Source of the DNA: Nitrospirota bacterium
GTDB taxonomy: Bacteria; Nitrospirota; Thermodesulfovibrionia; Thermodesulfovibrionales; Dissulfurispiraceae
Direction: 5' to 3'
NCBI GenBank assembly: GCA_040758355.1
Contig: JBFLWF010000007.1
Coordinates: 1 to 64,000 of the forward strand
DNA length: 64,000 bases
This document shows, in pieces, positions 32,313 through 41,642 of the stretch. Every line of letters starts with the position of its first letter. Within the stretch, counting starts at the first letter, position 1. A program made the position numbers and the translations under genes. Under the pieces are notes generated by a model, which saw nothing but the letters and a program-made list of their open reading frames with translations, searched no databases and was not told the origin of the DNA.

Positions 32313-34412
32313 ATGGCAGGAGCATTGTGGTTTTTATCGATAGTTTTTGCCTTATTATTCTCCGGTATCAACATCGTATCAGAAGCCTCGGATAATCCAT
32401 CTCATGATAAAATAAAATTTGCATCAAAAAACTCCCAAGCTAAAGACACCACAAAGGAAGAACTGCTCTTATTCTATGAGGAAAAAGACCTTGTGGTTGC
32501 AACGAAACGGGCAACCCCTTTGAGAAAGGCTCCTGCAATTGCAACGATTATTACTGCCGAAGAGATAAAGAACATGGGAGCAAGGAATTTAATGGATGTG
32601 TTAAAGATGGCTACAGGGATAGGCGTATCCATAAACGAGTTCGGCAGGTACATGTTTGAGGTGAGAGGCATAAGGACAGCAACCTCCGAAAAGATACTGG
32701 TTATGATCGACGGGCACCGGCTGAATGAATCCTATACAGGAAGCGCCCTTGCAAATATTTATAATGACCTGCCTGCTGAGAATATCAAGCAAATAGAAAT
32801 AATCAGGGGGCCTGGATCTGCCCTTTACGGAGCTAATGCATTTGTGGCTGTCATAAATATAATTACAAAAAATTCGGATGATATAAAGGGTGTGGATGTA
32901 TCTGCTACAGGCGGAAGTTTTGATACGAAAAAATTCAATCTCCTTACAGGCGGTTCTTATGAAAAACTGCAGGTATCAGGCAGCATCGATTATCTGAATA
33001 CAAACGGCCCGAAACTGGTTATAGATAAAGACAGGTTTGCAGGACAGTCGTATACGGCAGCACCGGGAAGGACTGACATGAGTCTCGAAAAGGCCGATAT
33101 GTTTTTAAAAGCCTCATACGGGGATTTGACATTTAAAGGACAATATATAAACAAAGACAGGGGTGCATACATCGGCAATTCCTATGCGCTTACCGATGAG
33201 AATTTTATTACATTTAGAAATTTTTGGACCGAACTAAGCTACAAACAGTCAATTACAGACAACTTTTCTTCAAGTCTTAGGCTTTATTTTGACCAGTTCG
33301 AGCAGGATGGAAAGTTAGAACTTTTTCCAGAAGGATATCCGGGCTTCCCAGACGGTGTTGTGGGAGCACCTCTCCTTAAGAACAGAACCCTTGGTACCGA
33401 GCTTCAATTTGAGTACGAATTTTCTGACAATAACCAACTAATCTTCGGGGGTCTTTATGAGAACATAAGACAGTTTGATGTAAAGCATTTTGCAAACTTC
33501 AACCCCAACACCCTTGCTCCCCTCGGCTCCTTTCAGGATATAACATACAGGTGGAATTTCAATAAAGATACGAGGAGGGAAATATGGGCGGCATTTATTC
33601 AGGATGAGTGGGATATCAGGGATAACTTTAATATTACAGCAGGGGTCAGATACGACCATTACAGCGAGTTTGGAGATACAACCAATCCGAGAATCGGTAT
33701 TGTATGGGGCTTTATAGAGAATGCAGATTTGAAACTGCTATACGGTCAGGCATTCAGGGCGCCAAATTTTCTTGAGTTATACAATGCAAATAATCCTACC
33801 GTTGCAGGCAATCCTAATCTCAAGCCGGAAAAGATAAGGACTTATGAAGTGGCTGTGGGCTATAGGTTTACAGATAATTTCAGGATTGATGTGGATTATT
33901 TCACGAACCTGATAGATGACCTCATTGCAAGAGATACATCGGTTTCACCTCCACAATATGCAAATAAACAGGGAGCGAGGGTCAGGGGAATAGAGGTAGA
34001 GCTGACAGGAAATTATTCTACATCCAATTACTGGAGATTAAGTTATACATATCAGGAGCCAAAGGACTCTGATACAAATATGAGGCTTCCGGATGTACCA
34101 TCGCAAAGAGCAACTGCAAGCCTGAACTATGAACTCTCAAAGTATATAAATTCGCATATCGATGTTTTATGGACAGGCTCAAGACCAAGAGCATCTGGAG
34201 ATACAAGGGGAAAGATGCCTCACTATGCCACTGTGGATTTAAATTTGATTGCCAAAAATATTTATAAGAATCTTGAAATAAAAGGTTCGGTCCATAATCT
34301 CTTTGATAAGCGGTATAAAGACCCCGACACATCAGGGTCTTTACAGAGAATACCCAACGATTTTCCAAGGGAAGGGATTTCTGCTTTAGTAACTGTCAGC
34401 TATAAATTTTAA
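32313..34412 (+). CDS. TonB-dependent outer-membrane receptor
   Basis: ATG after GGAGG; plug (IEIIRGPGSALYGANA), AGVRYDHY, NPNLKPE, NLFDKRY, C-terminal YKF. Confidence 0.92.
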   Translation: MAGALWFLSIVFALLFSGINIVSEASDNPSHDKIKFASKNSQAKDTTKEELLLFYEEKDLVVATKRATPLRKAPAIATIITAEEIKNMGARNLMDVLKMATGIGVSINEFGRYMFEVRGIRTATSEKILVMIDGHRLNESYTGSALANIYNDLPAENIKQIEIIRGPGSALYGANAFVAVINIITKNSDDIKGVDVSATGGSFDTKKFNLLTGGSYEKLQVSGSIDYLNTNGPKLVIDKDRFAGQSYTAAPGRTDMSLEKADMFLKASYGDLTFKGQYINKDRGAYIGNSYALTDENFITFRNFWTELSYKQSITDNFSSSLRLYFDQFEQDGKLELFPEGYPGFPDGVVGAPLLKNRTLGTELQFEYEFSDNNQLIFGGLYENIRQFDVKHFANFNPNTLAPLGSFQDITYRWNFNKDTRREIWAAFIQDEWDIRDNFNITAGVRYDHYSEFGDTTNPRIGIVWGFIENADLKLLYGQAFRAPNFLELYNANNPTVAGNPNLKPEKIRTYEVAVGYRFTDNFRIDVDYFTNLIDDLIARDTSVSPPQYANKQGARVRGIEVELTGNYSTSNYWRLSYTYQEPKDSDTNMRLPDVPSQRATASLNYELSKYINSHIDVLWTGSRPRASGDTRGKMPHYATVDLNLIAKNIYKNLEIKGSVHNLFDKRYKDPDTSGSLQRIPNDFPREGISALVTVSYKF

Positions 34413-34414
34413 AC

Positions 34415-35437
34415 CTATCTCCCCCACCGCATCACAACTGCAGAATGGTGAAATCCAGCGCCCGGGCCGCACATAACCACAAGGTCGCTATCCTTTATCT
34501 TTCCCATAGTGACAGCTTCGTGGAGATTAGCGCCGATACTGGCTGCGCTCATGTTGCCATACTTCTCAAAAGTGATGTGTGCTTTTTCCGGAGGCACATT
34601 TAATGCCTTCTGCCATAAATTCACGAGTATAGAGGTTGGGTTGTGGGTTATCAGGAAGTCTATATCTTTTTCGGTATAACCTGCCTTTGCGAGGGCCTTT
34701 TTAGCCACTTCAGGCGTTCTTATGGGGCCTGAGCGTCTTATCTCTCCGATGCCTGAGTCACCGCGGTCAATATAGAAATATACCTTTTCCCTCGGCCCCT
34801 CAAGATAATTGCCTGCAGTGTAATTTTCTATAAGTGCCCTTGGAAGCCTCAGATTCCTGCCTATTGCACTATAGCAGCTCCCATCTGTTTCAAGGTGGGC
34901 ACTCAATATGCCCTTGCCTTCACTTACCGGCTGCATTATTAAAGCTGCTGCACCATCGCCGAGTAGCATACAGTTTTTCTCTGTATAGTCGGCAGTTATT
35001 GTCCAGTTCGTTGAGCCTATGCATGCAATGGTGTTATACATGCCGCTTTTTATGAGCGCCCACGCAATTGTAATCTGTGAAAGCAGGGATGTGCATGCGC
35101 TCTCCACATTTATCGCAGCAGCATTCTTCGCCCCTGATTTATACTGCACGAGTGCGGCATTGCCGGGCTGGGGCTGGTCACGGAGATTGGGGCCGTCGAG
35201 GATAAGCTCTACGTCCTCTATGTTGATGCCGGCATTTTCAACGGCTGATAGCAGTGCCTTTGTTTCCATACCCGAAGCTTTTTCTCCTTTTGCACAAACC
35301 CTGCGCTTTGTTACGCCTTCGTTGTCAAAGAGTTCATCTACCGGCAGCAAGTCAAATTGCTTGAACCACTCATTAGTTCTTACATCTTCAGGCAGATAAA
35401 GACCGGTTCCTACTATTCCTGCATTTCTCATTTCCAT
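34415..35437 (-). CDS. FabH/KAS III-like ketosynthase
   Basis: GTGLYLP; catalytic Cys (SACTS), His (ITHNP) and Asn (YGNMSAAS); GDGAAA; WG C-terminus. Confidence 0.88.
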   Translation of the reverse strand: MEMRNAGIVGTGLYLPEDVRTNEWFKQFDLLPVDELFDNEGVTKRRVCAKGEKASGMETKALLSAVENAGINIEDVELILDGPNLRDQPQPGNAALVQYKSGAKNAAAINVESACTSLLSQITIAWALIKSGMYNTIACIGSTNWTITADYTEKNCMLLGDGAAALIMQPVSEGKGILSAHLETDGSCYSAIGRNLRLPRALIENYTAGNYLEGPREKVYFYIDRGDSGIGEIRRSGPIRTPEVAKKALAKAGYTEKDIDFLITHNPTSILVNLWQKALNVPPEKAHITFEKYGNMSAASIGANLHEAVTMGKIKDSDLVVMCGPGAGFHHSAVVMRWGR

Positions 35438-35471
35438 AATTACCCCTATTTATAATTCACAGATATTTTAT

Positions 35472-35518
35472 CAGAAAACATACAAATTATTGCTTTGTCT
35501 GAAGTTTTCTGCTATATT
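35472..35518. promoter_or_regulatory. Divergent promoter region with palindromic operator candidate
   Basis: CAGAAAAC (35472-79) / GTTTTCTG (35504-11); TTGCTT-17 nt-TATATT with TG extension, 8 nt before ATG 35527. Confidence 0.45.
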
Positions 35519-35526
35519 TCCTTCAG

Positions 35527-37224
35527 ATGACCGCAGCCGAGATTATAGTCAAATGCCTCGAAAATCACGGTGTCGAATACATCTTCGGCATCCCCGGCGG
35601 GGCATTAGAGCCTCTCAATAACGCCCTATATAAAAGCAAAATCAAAGTAATCGTTACAAAACACGAAGAAGGCGCTGCATTCATGGCAGATGGATATGCA
35701 AGACTGAGCGGAAAGTTAGGAGTATGCTGTGGCACAGCCGGTCCGGGCTCTACAAACCTTACCACTGGTATTGCATCTTCTTATGCGGATTCTATCCCAG
35801 TACTTGCCCTTACCGGACAGGTTGCTACATCGGTATTCGGTAAGAGTGCTGCACAAGAATTCGCAGGTGAAAGCGTAAGTATCGTGGACATGTTTAAAAA
35901 AATTACAAAGCACAGCGATATTGTAATAAATGAGAAAAGGGTACAAGAAATGGTTTCAAAGGCGTTGAGAGTAGCATTGACAGGCAGAACCGGGCCTGTT
36001 CATCTGAACTTGCCGAATGATGTTATGAAGCGGGAAGTTGATGAAATTGATATTTATAGCTACATTAAGCGTACAATGGTTTTTGACAGGGACGGTGTAA
36101 AACAGTCTGCGAAGTTTCTTCTTTCTGCAAAAAGACCGGTTATTGTAGCGGGGTGGGGAATGGTTCTTTCGAGGGCTGACGGGGAACTTCTTGAACTTGC
36201 AGAAATGATGAATATCCCTGTTGCAACTTCACCTAAGGCAAAAGGAATTGTCAGTGAGCTTCATCCTCTTTCACTCGGCGTCCTTGGATTTGCAGGCTCG
36301 CCTGTGGCAAAGGAATATATCATCAAAAATGACGTGGATGTTATGCTCGCCATAGGTACGAGCTTTAATGAATTGGTGACATCAGGCTGGGATAAGAGGC
36401 TTCTCCCGGATAAAGCACTTATTCAGATCGATATAGACCCTGACGAAATCGGAAAGAATTATCCTGTTGGTGTCGGAATTGTAGGAGATGCAAAGGTGGT
36501 TTTAAGGGAGCTTATTTATGAAATAAAGAGACAGTTTGGGAAAAAAAAGACAGTTGGGGCTGATAGACTGAGCGAAGTGAAAAAAATAAAGATGAAGTTT
36601 ATATCTGCAAATAAAGAAAAGTCGGCAAAGTCGAATAAGATATATAAGCCACAGAGATTAATAAAAGACCTTATGGACAGTTTGCCCAAAGATACCATAT
36701 ATTTTTCCGATATCGGCAACAGCATGGCATGGACTATCCATTGCATTAAGAGCATTAACCCCTATTCATTTTATGTTCCACTCGGCTTTGCTTCAATGGG
36801 ATATGCAGTGTGTGCTTCGATCGGGGCTAAACTGGCTATGCCTGATAGACCCATCATTGTCATAGCTGGTGACGGTGCATTTTTAATGAACGGCATGGAG
36901 GTGTCCACAGCGGTTAATTATAATATTCCGGTGATATGGGTTATAATGAATAATTCTCTGCTCGGGACTGTATATCACGGAAGAAGACTTGCGTCACTTC
37001 CTGAAGGTATCCCATCAAGATTTAAACAGGTGGATTTTGTTAAAATTGCAGAGGGTCTTGGAGCAAGCGGTATTAGAATTACAAAACCAGGAGAGATAAA
37101 TAAAAAATTTATGGATGATATAATATCATCGGGGAAACCTACAGTTCTGGATGTAATCATAGATCCGGAAGAGGTTCCGCCAATCCAGTCGAGGATTAAG
37201 ACACTTGATAGAGTTTACACGTAA
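35527..37224 (+). CDS. ThDP-dependent enzyme (acetolactate synthase-like)
   Basis: FGIPGG, HEEGAAFMADGY, GPGSTN, GDGAFLMNG..NN; no ilvN/ilvC nearby. Confidence 0.9.
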   Translation: MTAAEIIVKCLENHGVEYIFGIPGGALEPLNNALYKSKIKVIVTKHEEGAAFMADGYARLSGKLGVCCGTAGPGSTNLTTGIASSYADSIPVLALTGQVATSVFGKSAAQEFAGESVSIVDMFKKITKHSDIVINEKRVQEMVSKALRVALTGRTGPVHLNLPNDVMKREVDEIDIYSYIKRTMVFDRDGVKQSAKFLLSAKRPVIVAGWGMVLSRADGELLELAEMMNIPVATSPKAKGIVSELHPLSLGVLGFAGSPVAKEYIIKNDVDVMLAIGTSFNELVTSGWDKRLLPDKALIQIDIDPDEIGKNYPVGVGIVGDAKVVLRELIYEIKRQFGKKKTVGADRLSEVKKIKMKFISANKEKSAKSNKIYKPQRLIKDLMDSLPKDTIYFSDIGNSMAWTIHCIKSINPYSFYVPLGFASMGYAVCASIGAKLAMPDRPIIVIAGDGAFLMNGMEVSTAVNYNIPVIWVIMNNSLLGTVYHGRRLASLPEGIPSRFKQVDFVKIAEGLGASGIRITKPGEINKKFMDDIISSGKPTVLDVIIDPEEVPPIQSRIKTLDRVYT

Positions 37225-37270
37225 GAACATTAAAGCTTTCCAGTTGTATAATAAGAATAAAAATTTTTCC

Positions 37271-38119
37271 ATGCTTTTTTTGTTTCTCCTCTTTTTCTGC
37301 GTATCTCTCTGTGAAGCATCGGATGTGATTATTGTCGGCGACACACAACTTAAACCCGTAAACGATATCATTTCCGGCATAAAGGAAAAACTGGATTCTG
37401 TGAAAATATTATCTCCATCTGATGCCAAAGGCAGGTTAAAAGGCATTGCAGCAAAGGAGGAGGCAAGCGTTGTTATAGCACTTGGAAGAGAGGCGCTCGA
37501 AGAGTCGCTTAAACTCCCATCATCCATTGCCGTTATTTATGACCTTGTCATAACGCCGCCTGAGATTGACAGGCCTAACACAACAGGCGTTTATATGGCA
37601 ACGCCTGTGAAGGAGTATGTGGACATTGTTAAGAGTTACCTGCCGCAAATCAGACGGATAGCGGTTGTCGGCAGTCATGACTTGATGAGGATACTTGACG
37701 GAACTGCCAACCCGCAGGTCTCGGCCTACAGCGTGAGGAACTCATTCGAGTTCGTGAGTGCCGTCAAACAGGTTGATTCAGCCGGCGCTATTTTACTTCT
37801 GCCCGATGTGGGGCTGCTTACCGACACAACAATAGAAGAGGTCTTTCTGTCGTCCTTCAGAAAAAATATTCCTATACTCGGGATTTCGGAAAGGCATGTA
37901 AAACAGGGTGCGCTGCTTGCACTTACCTTTAACCCTGTCAGTGTCGGAAGACATCTCGGTGAAAAGGCAACAAGGGCGCTCAAAGGGGTGGATATGGGGA
38001 CAATACCTCCGTCCCCGTCCCAAGAGTTTGATCTGTACATTAATACGAATACAGCGAGGAAGATGGGGATACATGTACCTGCCGAACTTTTAAGAAAGGC
38101 AAAGAGGATATATCCATGA
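37271..38119 (+). CDS. Periplasmic ABC-type substrate-binding-like protein without a transporter
   Basis: Signal-like MLFLFLLFFC; LP.IRRIAV, KQGALLAL, INTNTARKMGI..P..LL typical of ABC_sub_bind. Confidence 0.75.
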   Translation: MLFLFLLFFCVSLCEASDVIIVGDTQLKPVNDIISGIKEKLDSVKILSPSDAKGRLKGIAAKEEASVVIALGREALEESLKLPSSIAVIYDLVITPPEIDRPNTTGVYMATPVKEYVDIVKSYLPQIRRIAVVGSHDLMRILDGTANPQVSAYSVRNSFEFVSAVKQVDSAGAILLLPDVGLLTDTTIEEVFLSSFRKNIPILGISERHVKQGALLALTFNPVSVGRHLGEKATRALKGVDMGTIPPSPSQEFDLYINTNTARKMGIHVPAELLRKAKRIYP

Positions 38120-40344
38120 GACTGACATTCAGAAAAAAGGCGCTTTTTTTAATGATCCCGATCCTCATTTTTGTCTCCATGGTATATACCTATGAGGCAA
38201 TAAGGACAGAAAAGGATATATCGAGGAAGGAGATTATAAAGAGGTCAGAGGTTGTAACCACATTGGCGAGCAAGACGGTAGAGCTGCCGATCCTTTCTGG
38301 AAATGCAGAGCTTCTGAAGAAGACAGCATCATTTATCAAGAATTCTCCTGACGTTGCATTTGTCTCCTTCTATGACAAAAAAGAGAACCTGCTGATACAC
38401 GAAGGCAGTCCGTTCTCCGGGAGGCTTCCTCTGCTGTCTTCCAATTCGCCGCTGTCATTCTTCGAAGACAGCGACTTCTTCATTTTTTATGCCCCTGTAT
38501 TTACGGTAAGGGCGTCTGAAGATATCGGCATATTTCAGGAAGAGACGGCGAAGCAAACCACGGAGAACATTGGATGGGTGAGGGTAGGCTTTTCGAAATC
38601 CACCATGAAAGAGACCGAGAACAGGATTGTTCTCAGGGGGCTCATGCTTGCGCTGATTTTTGCGGCAGGCAGCAGTGTTGTCGTCTACTTCCTGATTACC
38701 ATAGCCACACGTCCTCTTGCAGTGCTCTCCGGTGCAGTAAAGAGGATCGGGGAAGGAGAATATCCTGAAATAAAGATAGAGCCCACAGGTGACGAGATCG
38801 GTGAACTCGCCCATGAGTTTAACAGGATGACCACTGCAATAAAGGATAGAGAGTCGAAAATAATGGAGTCCGAAAAGAAGATAAGGGATCTCTTCGAAAG
38901 GGTCGAACATGCCATTTTCAGACTCGATAAAGACGGCAATATAATCGAGACAAACAGGAAGTTCGATGAGCTCTGCGGCGGCGCAAATAGATTCTGCGGA
39001 TTGTTCACATCTGACATGGAAGGACTTAGATTGCAAAAGGTCATATCTGCCGGTGGTTTGAAAAACGCAGAGGAAAGGCTTATGGGAAAAGACGGCAATG
39101 AGCTTGTTGCTATTATGAGCGTATATCCTGAGTTTGACGAACAGGGCGCTGTCACAGGCTTTGACGGCTATTTCGTTGACATAACAGAAAAGAAGAGACT
39201 GGAAGAGACTCTTGTCCAGACCCAGAAGCTGGACAGCCTCGGAATGCTTGCAGGCGGAATCGCCCATGACTTCAATAATATCCTGACAGGCGTTCTGGGG
39301 TACGCATCGTTATTGAAGACCGTGGTGCCGGAGACGGACAAGATGTATAAGTATATCGATATCATAGAAAAATCCGCATCGAGGGCGGCAAACCTCGCAC
39401 AGCAGCTCCTGGGCTTTGCGAGAAAAGGCAAATACGTTATGACGAAATTATCGATCAACGACCTTGTGAAGGAAATGTCTTCATTCTTAAAGGAGACCTT
39501 TGACAGGAGCATAACGATCGTTGTGGATACCGAAGAAAATCTTCCGCCTGTGGAAGGGGACAGCAACCAGCTCTATCAGGCGCTCATGAATCTCTGCATA
39601 AATGCACGGGACGCAATGCCGGAAGGTGGCAGGCTTTATATAAAGACCGAATTCTATCTGCTTCATGACGAAAAGGTTGTCGACTATTTCCAGATTCCTC
39701 CGGGCGAGTATGTCCGTGTGAGCGTCACGGATACCGGTGTCGGCATGCCTCCAGATGTGAAGAAGAAGATATTCGAGCCTTTCTATACAACAAAGGGTAT
39801 TGGCAAAGGGACGGGTCTCGGTCTTGCCATGGTTTACGGGATAATAAAAAACCACGGGGGATACATCACAGTCTATTCGGAGATAGGACTGGGCACCACT
39901 GTGCGTTTATATCTGCCAAAGGGAGACGGGGCCGTGGAGGAAAAAAGGAGGGACAAAGTTATGAACGAAAGACCTAAAAAGGGTACGATCCTTCTTATCG
40001 ATGACGAGGAGGTGGTAAGGGAACTCGGGAAAGATATCCTTGAGGCGTACGATTATGAAGTGATTCTTGCTATCCACGGAAACGAAGGAGTGCGCATGTT
40101 CAACGAATATAAAGACAGGATTGACCTCGTCATCCTCGATATGGTAATGCCTGAAAAGGGCGGCAGACAGACATTTAAGGAGATAAGGTCGTTAAAGCCG
40201 GATGCAAGGGTGCTGATATGCAGCGGATATGGCGAAGAGCAGTATTTTTATGAGTTGTTCGAGGCCGGGGCAGCAGGCTTCCTTCAGAAGCCGTTTCAAC
40301 ATACAGAACTGCTGAGCAAGGTTGAGGAGGCAATGGCAAGATGA
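38116..40344 (+). CDS. Hybrid sensor histidine kinase (TM-periplasmic-TM-HAMP-PAS-HisKA-HATPase-REC)
   Basis: DEIGELAHEFN HAMP; GIAHDFNN H-box; NARDAM, DTGVG, GTGLGL; REC with IDDE, LDMVMP, KPF. Confidence 0.95.
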   Translation: MRLTFRKKALFLMIPILIFVSMVYTYEAIRTEKDISRKEIIKRSEVVTTLASKTVELPILSGNAELLKKTASFIKNSPDVAFVSFYDKKENLLIHEGSPFSGRLPLLSSNSPLSFFEDSDFFIFYAPVFTVRASEDIGIFQEETAKQTTENIGWVRVGFSKSTMKETENRIVLRGLMLALIFAAGSSVVVYFLITIATRPLAVLSGAVKRIGEGEYPEIKIEPTGDEIGELAHEFNRMTTAIKDRESKIMESEKKIRDLFERVEHAIFRLDKDGNIIETNRKFDELCGGANRFCGLFTSDMEGLRLQKVISAGGLKNAEERLMGKDGNELVAIMSVYPEFDEQGAVTGFDGYFVDITEKKRLEETLVQTQKLDSLGMLAGGIAHDFNNILTGVLGYASLLKTVVPETDKMYKYIDIIEKSASRAANLAQQLLGFARKGKYVMTKLSINDLVKEMSSFLKETFDRSITIVVDTEENLPPVEGDSNQLYQALMNLCINARDAMPEGGRLYIKTEFYLLHDEKVVDYFQIPPGEYVRVSVTDTGVGMPPDVKKKIFEPFYTTKGIGKGTGLGLAMVYGIIKNHGGYITVYSEIGLGTTVRLYLPKGDGAVEEKRRDKVMNERPKKGTILLIDDEEVVRELGKDILEAYDYEVILAIHGNEGVRMFNEYKDRIDLVILDMVMPEKGGRQTFKEIRSLKPDARVLICSGYGEEQYFYELFEAGAAGFLQKPFQHTELLSKVEEAMAR

Positions 40345-40360
40345 GCTATGAGCTATGAGC
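40341..40360. repeat. (ATGAGCT)x3 supplying the kinase stop and the pgeF start
   Basis: atgagct atgagct atgagc. Confidence 0.8.
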
Positions 40361-41193
40361 CAATAATTACCCCTCATATTTTCAGTGGGTTTCCTGTAAA
40401 GGCCTTTTTCACAACAAAGACATTGGACAGTTTGGAGTTTGGAGTTGAGAGTGCGGAGTTAAAGGGAAAGGTTTCCAAATTGTTGAACATATCGCCAAAG
40501 AATATCTACCTTCCTATCCAGAAACACACAGACAAGGTCTTAATCGTGGATTATGACGTTGAGCCCAAAATAGCAGACGCTGTTATTACTAACAGGGAAG
40601 ACATCTTGATTGGAGTTCAGGTTGCAGACTGTGTGCCTATTCTTTTATATGATATGCAAAAGAATGTTGTTGGAGCCGTCCATGCAGGATGGCGGGGGAC
40701 TGCAGAAGAGATTCTGAAGAAGACTATAAAGGCAATGATGGATAGATTTTGCTCAATACCGTCTGATATAGTGATTGCTATAGGTCCCGGCATAAGGTGG
40801 TGCTGTTACGGGGTTGGTTACGAAGTAATAGAGGCAGTTGAGAAAGTGACGAGTTATGGGGACTGTCCCAGATTTACGGACGCCGACAGGCGTCCCCTCA
40901 CCTGTCATTGCGAGGGACGAAGTTCCGAAGCAATCTCGTCCGTTCGGGGCAGGCTCCGAATCGGGACTGTCCCCGCTCCAAAGTCAAAAAACTACATAAT
41001 TAAAAAGGGTGAGAAATACTGTCTTGATTTACCGACTGCAAATAAATATCAGGCACTTTCTTTAGGTGTCCCATTAGAAAATATATGGATGTCTGATGAA
41101 TGCACATTCTGCCTCCCTGAAAAATATTATTCATACAGGTATGCAAAGGGAACAACCGGGAGGCAGTGCGGATTTATAGGGATTGTAACATGA
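40348..41193 (+). CDS. pgeF: PgeF/YfiH purine nucleoside phosphorylase-like protein with insertions
   Basis: QKH, ADCVPIL, HAGWRG, IGPGI..CCY, CT.C, YSYR..GRQ. Confidence 0.88.
   Translation: MSYEPIITPHIFSGFPVKAFFTTKTLDSLEFGVESAELKGKVSKLLNISPKNIYLPIQKHTDKVLIVDYDVEPKIADAVITNREDILIGVQVADCVPILLYDMQKNVVGAVHAGWRGTAEEILKKTIKAMMDRFCSIPSDIVIAIGPGIRWCCYGVGYEVIEAVEKVTSYGDCPRFTDADRRPLTCHCEGRSSEAISSVRGRLRIGTVPAPKSKNYIIKKGEKYCLDLPTANKYQALSLGVPLENIWMSDECTFCLPEKYYSYRYAKGTTGRQCGFIGIVT
40429..40460. repeat. (GGAGTTT)-type tandem in pgeF
   Basis: Encodes SLEFGVESAEL; reverse complement of the rsmB tract family. Confidence 0.65.
40858..40974. mobile_element. Nested palindromic element in frame in pgeF
   Basis: GGGACTGTCCC at both ends, hairpin GGACGCC/GGCGTCC, internal GTCATTGCGAG..GAAGCAATCTC. 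Confidence 0.75.
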
Positions 41194-41622
41194 TTACACA
41201 GATTAAAATAGATTACACAGATTATGGAAAATAGGGACCCTCTTACAGAGCAGATAATAGCATGTTGTTACAGGGTTCACTCAGATTTAGGTCCTGGATT
41301 TAATGAGAGGATATATCATGCTGCTCTTAAAGTAGATTTTGAACAGCAGGGATTAAAATACGAAACGGAAAAGCGATTCGAAGTTTATTATCAAGGCAAA
41401 AAAGCAGGTAATTTTGTTGCAGACTTAGTTGTTGAGGATAAAATTATAGTTGAAATTAAGGCAGTATCTGGAAATATTCCAGATATTTTTAAATACCAGG
41501 TGCTTTCTTATCTAAAGGCATCTAATCTAAAGGTTGGCTTATTAGTTAATTTTGGGAATAAGAGTTGTCAAATCAAAAGATTTGTGTTTTAATCTGTGTA
41601 ATCTGATAAAATCTGTGTAATC
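41192..41622. mobile_element. Repeat-bracketed GxxExxY cassette
   Basis: GATTACACAGATT x2 (41192, 41211) on the left and AATCTGTGTAATC x2 (41591, 41610) on the right, with 6 nt spacers. Confidence 0.75.
41224..41592 (+). CDS. GxxExxY protein (PD-(D/E)XK-like)
   Basis: LGPGFNERIY motif; ADLVVEDKIIVEIK; QVLSYLK..GLLVNFG. Confidence 0.92.
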   Translation: MENRDPLTEQIIACCYRVHSDLGPGFNERIYHAALKVDFEQQGLKYETEKRFEVYYQGKKAGNFVADLVVEDKIIVEIKAVSGNIPDIFKYQVLSYLKASNLKVGLLVNFGNKSCQIKRFVF

Positions 41623-41642
41623 AAGATTAAAAAGGAGATACT

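Noticed and set aside
38455..39267. 270 aa minus-strand ORF
   Set aside because: Antisense shadow of the histidine kinase with no recognisable motifs.
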